Below are positions 59,619-64,000 of a stretch of 64,000 bases of DNA, piece after piece. Numbering within the stretch: position 1 is the stretch's first letter; each line of letters starts with the position of its first letter. Location: the NCBI GenBank assembly GCA_973895155.1, contig OZ316897.1, positions 21,365,455-21,429,454 of the forward strand, read 5' to 3'. The position numbers and the translations under genes are program-made. This stretch comes from Marsupella aquatica (lineage: Eukaryota > Plantae > Marchantiophyta). Under the pieces are notes generated by a model, which did not search any database, was not told where the DNA came from, and was given only the letters and a program-made list of their open reading frames with translations.

Positions 59619-60857
59619 TCACAAATCTAAAGGAAAGAGAGTAGTCGATTCGTCAAAGTCCAGAAAGAAAGACTTAAGCAGCTCCAACACAAGAGGGCCA
59701 TCATGATCACACCCAAACCCATTGGTTTGAACAAGACTAGCCGCTCCCGGTACTGTGTCACTTCCAAGATGACACACAGTTAAGAGCTCACCCTCAACCA
59801 TTACAGCCTGACCACCTCCAAGTCCAAGATCTAGATCATCAGGTTTAGGTAGTTCATTCAGATGGCTATGATTCATTCCATCATCCCAAGCCACAAGGCC
59901 ATGCAACAAACTCCATGATTGTCTGCCGACATCATATTTTTCAATGCCATTATCCTCACGTCTTGTAAAGCGATGATAGTTTCCCTTCACCACAAACACA
60001 TTGTCTTCGAAAAGACTATTGTTAACGCCGTCAGCATTATACGATTTGACCCAATTATTCTTCTCTGGATGGTAAATCAATATTGCAGATGGAGAAACAT
60101 CTATGTAGCCACCATCCCAATGTGACTTTGCCTCACTGTAAGAAGTTAGTACAGTTCCGTCAGACTCTACATCAGTCGGATAAAGTACTCCCCCATACAC
60201 AATGAAACACTTCCCAAGTACCGCAACTTGGTGATTTGCTCGACTCTCCATCATGTCCGCTATTGTGGACCAGACATTGGCAGCGGGGTCATAAACCTCG
60301 CAGACACGAAGAGATACGCCGCAGTTGGAGCCTCCAAACACATAAATCTTGTCATCCAGGGCACCAGTACCAAATCTCATTCTCCTTCTTTGCATGTTCG
60401 CACATCTGGTCCACGTTCTGTCCACCAGATCGAAAGAGTACACTTCCTGGCTGGCACGCTTAGTGTCACTGTTTTCCTCACCTCCCAAGACAAAGATCTT
60501 GCCTTTCAATGAGATGAGTCCGCACCTCCGTCGCTGCTGAAGTGAAGCGTGCAGAGGTACCGAATAAAAAGCATTGTTCTGATACACACCTAGAGCACGG
60601 TTGTTTGGAATACTGGAACCTCCATGCCTGTAGTAAAGCAATCCAACTGCAAGCGCTGTTGACCACTGATAACTCATCTTGTGCGCGAATAGTGAATTGT
60701 GCATGCACTGGAGAGACACAACAAAGAACCGAAATAGGTAAATGGGTACGTTATGGGTTGTTCCTGCTCTGTATAGGTCATAAACAACTTCTTCATTCAA
60801 TGTGACCACTTCTAATGCATCACCAAGAGACATGGAGCAGTTTATGTACTCGACCAT
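59619..60857 (-). CDS. Kelch-repeat protein, possibly an F-box/kelch protein with a degenerate F-box; intronless
   Basis: 412-aa ORF with kelch blades: KIFVLGG..YSFDLVDRTW..ANMQRRR, KIYVFGG..CEVYDPAANVWSTIADM..R, FIVYGG..YHPEKNNW. Confidence 0.85.
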   Translation of the reverse strand: MVEYINCSMSLGDALEVVTLNEEVVYDLYRAGTTHNVPIYLFRFFVVSLQCMHNSLFAHKMSYQWSTALAVGLLYYRHGGSSIPNNRALGVYQNNAFYSVPLHASLQQRRRCGLISLKGKIFVLGGEENSDTKRASQEVYSFDLVDRTWTRCANMQRRRMRFGTGALDDKIYVFGGSNCGVSLRVCEVYDPAANVWSTIADMMESRANHQVAVLGKCFIVYGGVLYPTDVESDGTVLTSYSEAKSHWDGGYIDVSPSAILIYHPEKNNWVKSYNADGVNNSLFEDNVFVVKGNYHRFTRREDNGIEKYDVGRQSWSLLHGLVAWDDGMNHSHLNELPKPDDLDLGLGGGQAVMVEGELLTVCHLGSDTVPGAASLVQTNGFGCDHDGPLVLELLKSFFLDFDESTTLFPLDL

Positions 60858-61544
60858 TTGAACTATTTGAATAACTTTCTAAGACGTTCAGATCGAGGTT
60901 ATGGACTTGCTATGCGCGGCTTTTCACACAGTTTCTACTTTTCCAATGTCACCCGCGCCGCGAATGCAATGTAGTCCAGCTGACCGCTCTAATAATGCCT
61001 AAAGTCTAAAACGCGAAAAATATCTTGACGGTTAAAATTGAAACCCAATAGGAAAAATGAATTTAAAAGCACCATGGACCACCCTTACGGAGTGGACTCA
61101 CAACTGGAACCAGATAAGACCGAAACCTTCGAATTAATACAAGACAAAGAGACATGTGGACCAGAGATCTGCTGTAGCGCGCTGGTCATCTATCTGAGCA
61201 TTTCAACACGTACAGTCAAGTCTATGTTCTGGATTGGTCACGCACGCTACACTCATATAGAGTAAATTTCCAATGTCAACCGGAGTGCAATGTACGTTCC
61301 AAATGTCAATAAGAATGAAACGTAGCTAGTTCCGTGAGTAAACTCTATCGATCTACAACCAGAAGTGGGAAAGGTATCTTGAGCGATTGAACGTGGAAAC
61401 TAATCGAGCTAGGGAAAAGCTGCATCTTCTACGCCGAATCTATATTAATACTCCTGAAACGGAAACTTCAAGTGAAAGCGTTGAAGGGTCAGAAATAAGA
61501 TCGGTCAACTAGTGAACAGCGTTAAATAGTTATCCTAAATAAAA

Positions 61545-63215
61545 GTACCAACTATCAACCGGCAAGCACAAAACATACAACGTATCTCTTTAAAACAAGT
61601 TCAGACTTACTTCCGCCGATGCACTGAACTCACTGTAAAACTGACAAGAATACCTTGAAGACAACAAAGGTCAGACATATTTCCGCCGATGCACGTACTG
61701 GACTCTCTGTGAAACTGACAAGAATACCTTGAAGACGACTGGAGAGGGGTCTCATAAATAAGAGTACCAACGATCAACCGGCAAGCACAAAACATACAAT
61801 GTATCTCTTTAAAACAACAAAGTTAAGACGAACTTCCGCCGATGCACTTGAGTCACTGTAAAACTGACAAGAATTTTCTTGAAGACAACAAAGTGCAGAC
61901 GTACTTCCGCCGATGCACTGGACTCACTATGAAACTGACAAGAATACCTTGAAGACGAAGGGAGAGGGCCGAAGCTGAATTCAGAGCTTCCGCCGAGGAG
62001 TATGCAGCAACGAGCATCAACACTGCCGGGGATGCGAAGCACGAGCATCCACACTGCTGGAGATGCGAAGCACGACCCTTTGAATACTGTCACTTAACGA
62101 GTTCGGGGACTCAATCTCCGCAGACCGGCCTGCACAAAACAAATTATATATCTCTTTAAAACAAAAAGGTTCAGACATCTTCCGCCGATGCACTGGATTC
62201 ACTGTAAAACTGACAAGAACTTCCTTGAAGACAACAAAGTGCAGACGTACTTCTTCCGCCGATGCACTGGACTCACTATGAAACTGACAAGAATACCTTG
62301 AAGTCGAAGGGAGAGGGCCGAAGTTGGATTCAGAGCTTCCGCCGACGAGTATGCAGCAACGAGCATCCACACTGCTGGGGATGCTAAGCAAGACCCTTTG
62401 AATACTGTCACTTAACGAGTTCGGGGACTCAATCTCCGCAGTCCGGCCTGCACAAAACAAACAATATATCTCTTTAAAACAAAAAGGTTCAGACATACTT
62501 CCGCCGATGCACTGGACTCAGGACTCAAATCTCGGCAGACCGGCCTGCACAAAACAAACAATGTATCTCTTTAAAACAAAGAACTCAATCTCCGCAGTCC
62601 GGCCTGCACAAAACAAACAATATATCTCTTTAAAACAAAAAGGTTCAGACATACTTCCGCCGATGCACTGGACTCAGGACTCAAATCTCGGCAGACCGGC
62701 CTGCACAAAACAAACAATGTATCTCTTTAAAACAAAGAAGTTCAGACATACTTCCGCCGATGCACTGGACTCAGGACTCAATCTCCGCAAACGTGCCTGC
62801 ACAAAACAAACAATGTATCTCTTTAAAACAAAAAAGTTCATACATACTTCCGCCGATGCACTGGACTCACTGTGAAACTGACAAGAATTTACTTGAAGAC
62901 AACAAAGTGCAGACATACTTCCGCCGATGCACTGCACTCACTATGAAACTGACAAGAATTCTGAAGGCAAAGGGGGAGGGCCGATGTTGGATTCACAGCT
63001 TCCGCCGACGAGTATGCAGCAACTAGCATCCACACTGCTAGGGATGCGAAACACACGACCCTTTCAATACTCACCTAACGAGTTTAGGGACTCGATCTCC
63101 GCAGACCAGCTAAGGCGATAGAGAGAGTGGTATTCACCCTTTAAATACTGTCACCTAACGAGTTTGGGGACTCGATCTACACAGACCAGCTAAGACGATC
63201 GAGAGAGTGGGATTC
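61545..63215. repeat. Complex modular tandem repeat array
   Basis: About 14 copies of TTCCGCCGA interleaved with modules GCACAAAACA..TATCTCTTTAAAACAA, AAACTGACAAGAA..TTGAAGAC and TAACGAGTT.GGGGACTC. Local periods are ~299 and ~156 bp. Confidence 0.9.
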
Positions 63216-63228
63216 ATGAGAAGATATG

Positions 63229-63267
63229 ATAGAATAGAATAGAATAGAATAGAATAGAATAGAATAG
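63229..63267. repeat. (ATAGA)n microsatellite
   Basis: About 8 perfect units. Confidence 0.95.
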
Positions 63268-64000
63268 ATCGTCAGATTCGATTAATTGGAGGGTGACGAT
63301 GGATCGAGCACCCCTATTTTTTGTGGGTAGTGGAGGGTGACGGCCCATCCAGTACGCCAGCTCTCTGGGTTTGTTGTTTGGGGACGTGGCTTCAGCCGGG
63401 GCTTCAGCCAACTGTGTGCAGTGAAAATTACACGCGGAATTATTTGTTTTAGTAAAGAATTCGTAGCCGGGGTTGCCGTAGCCCCTCCGACCTGATAGAG
63501 CCATTTAAAAAAGTAAAATATAACGCCAGGGTGACCACTGCCACTTCTACTGTACATGATAGCGACTTCACTTGGTCAGACTAATGTGCGTTGTGATTTT
63601 ATTAAAAAAAATATCAAGACTGATGATGGTGTTAAGGGGTAATGTGAACATGCACTAAACATATTCATGTTACTTCATATGTTAAGGGGTAAATAATGTG
63701 AACATGCACTAAACATATTCATGTTACTTCATATGCAGAGGCTTACACCAGAGCATTGAAAGGAATGATGGATGGTTTGAAGGGAGAGATGGAGATAGTT
63801 TGTAAATCTCATGTCTGATGAATTTGAAACTGCAGTTCATTAGCATTCCATACGATTGCAGTTGAATTTCATTCAATGAATTCTCTCATCCTGTCTCTTA
63901 TGAGCCAACTGAACTTGCATTTCATAAGTTTAATATATTGTCCTCCACCTCCTAAATCTTGGTATCCTCATTTCCAAAAGAAACTAGTAAGAGGAGAATT

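Noticed and set aside
61545-63215. CRISPR-like array, or the 159-aa ORF 62017..62496 as a gene
   Set aside because: The sequences between repeats are themselves repeated, the context is eukaryotic and no cas genes are present. The ORFs are by-products of the repeat.

Overview
Repeat-rich eukaryotic window from a land plant, probably a non-seed plant or bryophyte judging by the retroelement and germin types. Bases 31-17038 are an unusual non-chromovirus Ty3/gypsy locus. One near-complete minus-strand element (5' LTR 12606-17038, PBS, gag-protease, RT-RNaseH-integrase, PPT, truncated 3' LTR 4707-6382) is fused to an oppositely oriented LTR+PBS+gag stub (31-4705), giving ~4.7-kb inverted arms. 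The ~4.4-4.6-kb LTR itself carries a ~1,200-codon sense ORF (NLS-like motifs, globular domain, long coiled coil). The protease/RT boundary has a -1 frameshift signal (G GAU UUU, 10-bp stem, possible pseudoknot) next to a central copy of the PPT. To the right lie a disabled EDM2-type PHD-finger ORF, a 408-bp tandem array and a CACTA right end that interrupts a Copia remnant. Host genes are MLH3 (with a U12-type intron), a Cys-less germin-like protein and a kelch-repeat protein. The rest is Copia elements and remnants, a solo LTR holding a MITE, and a modular repeat array. All calls were made by eye from the sequence and ORF track; no searches were run.
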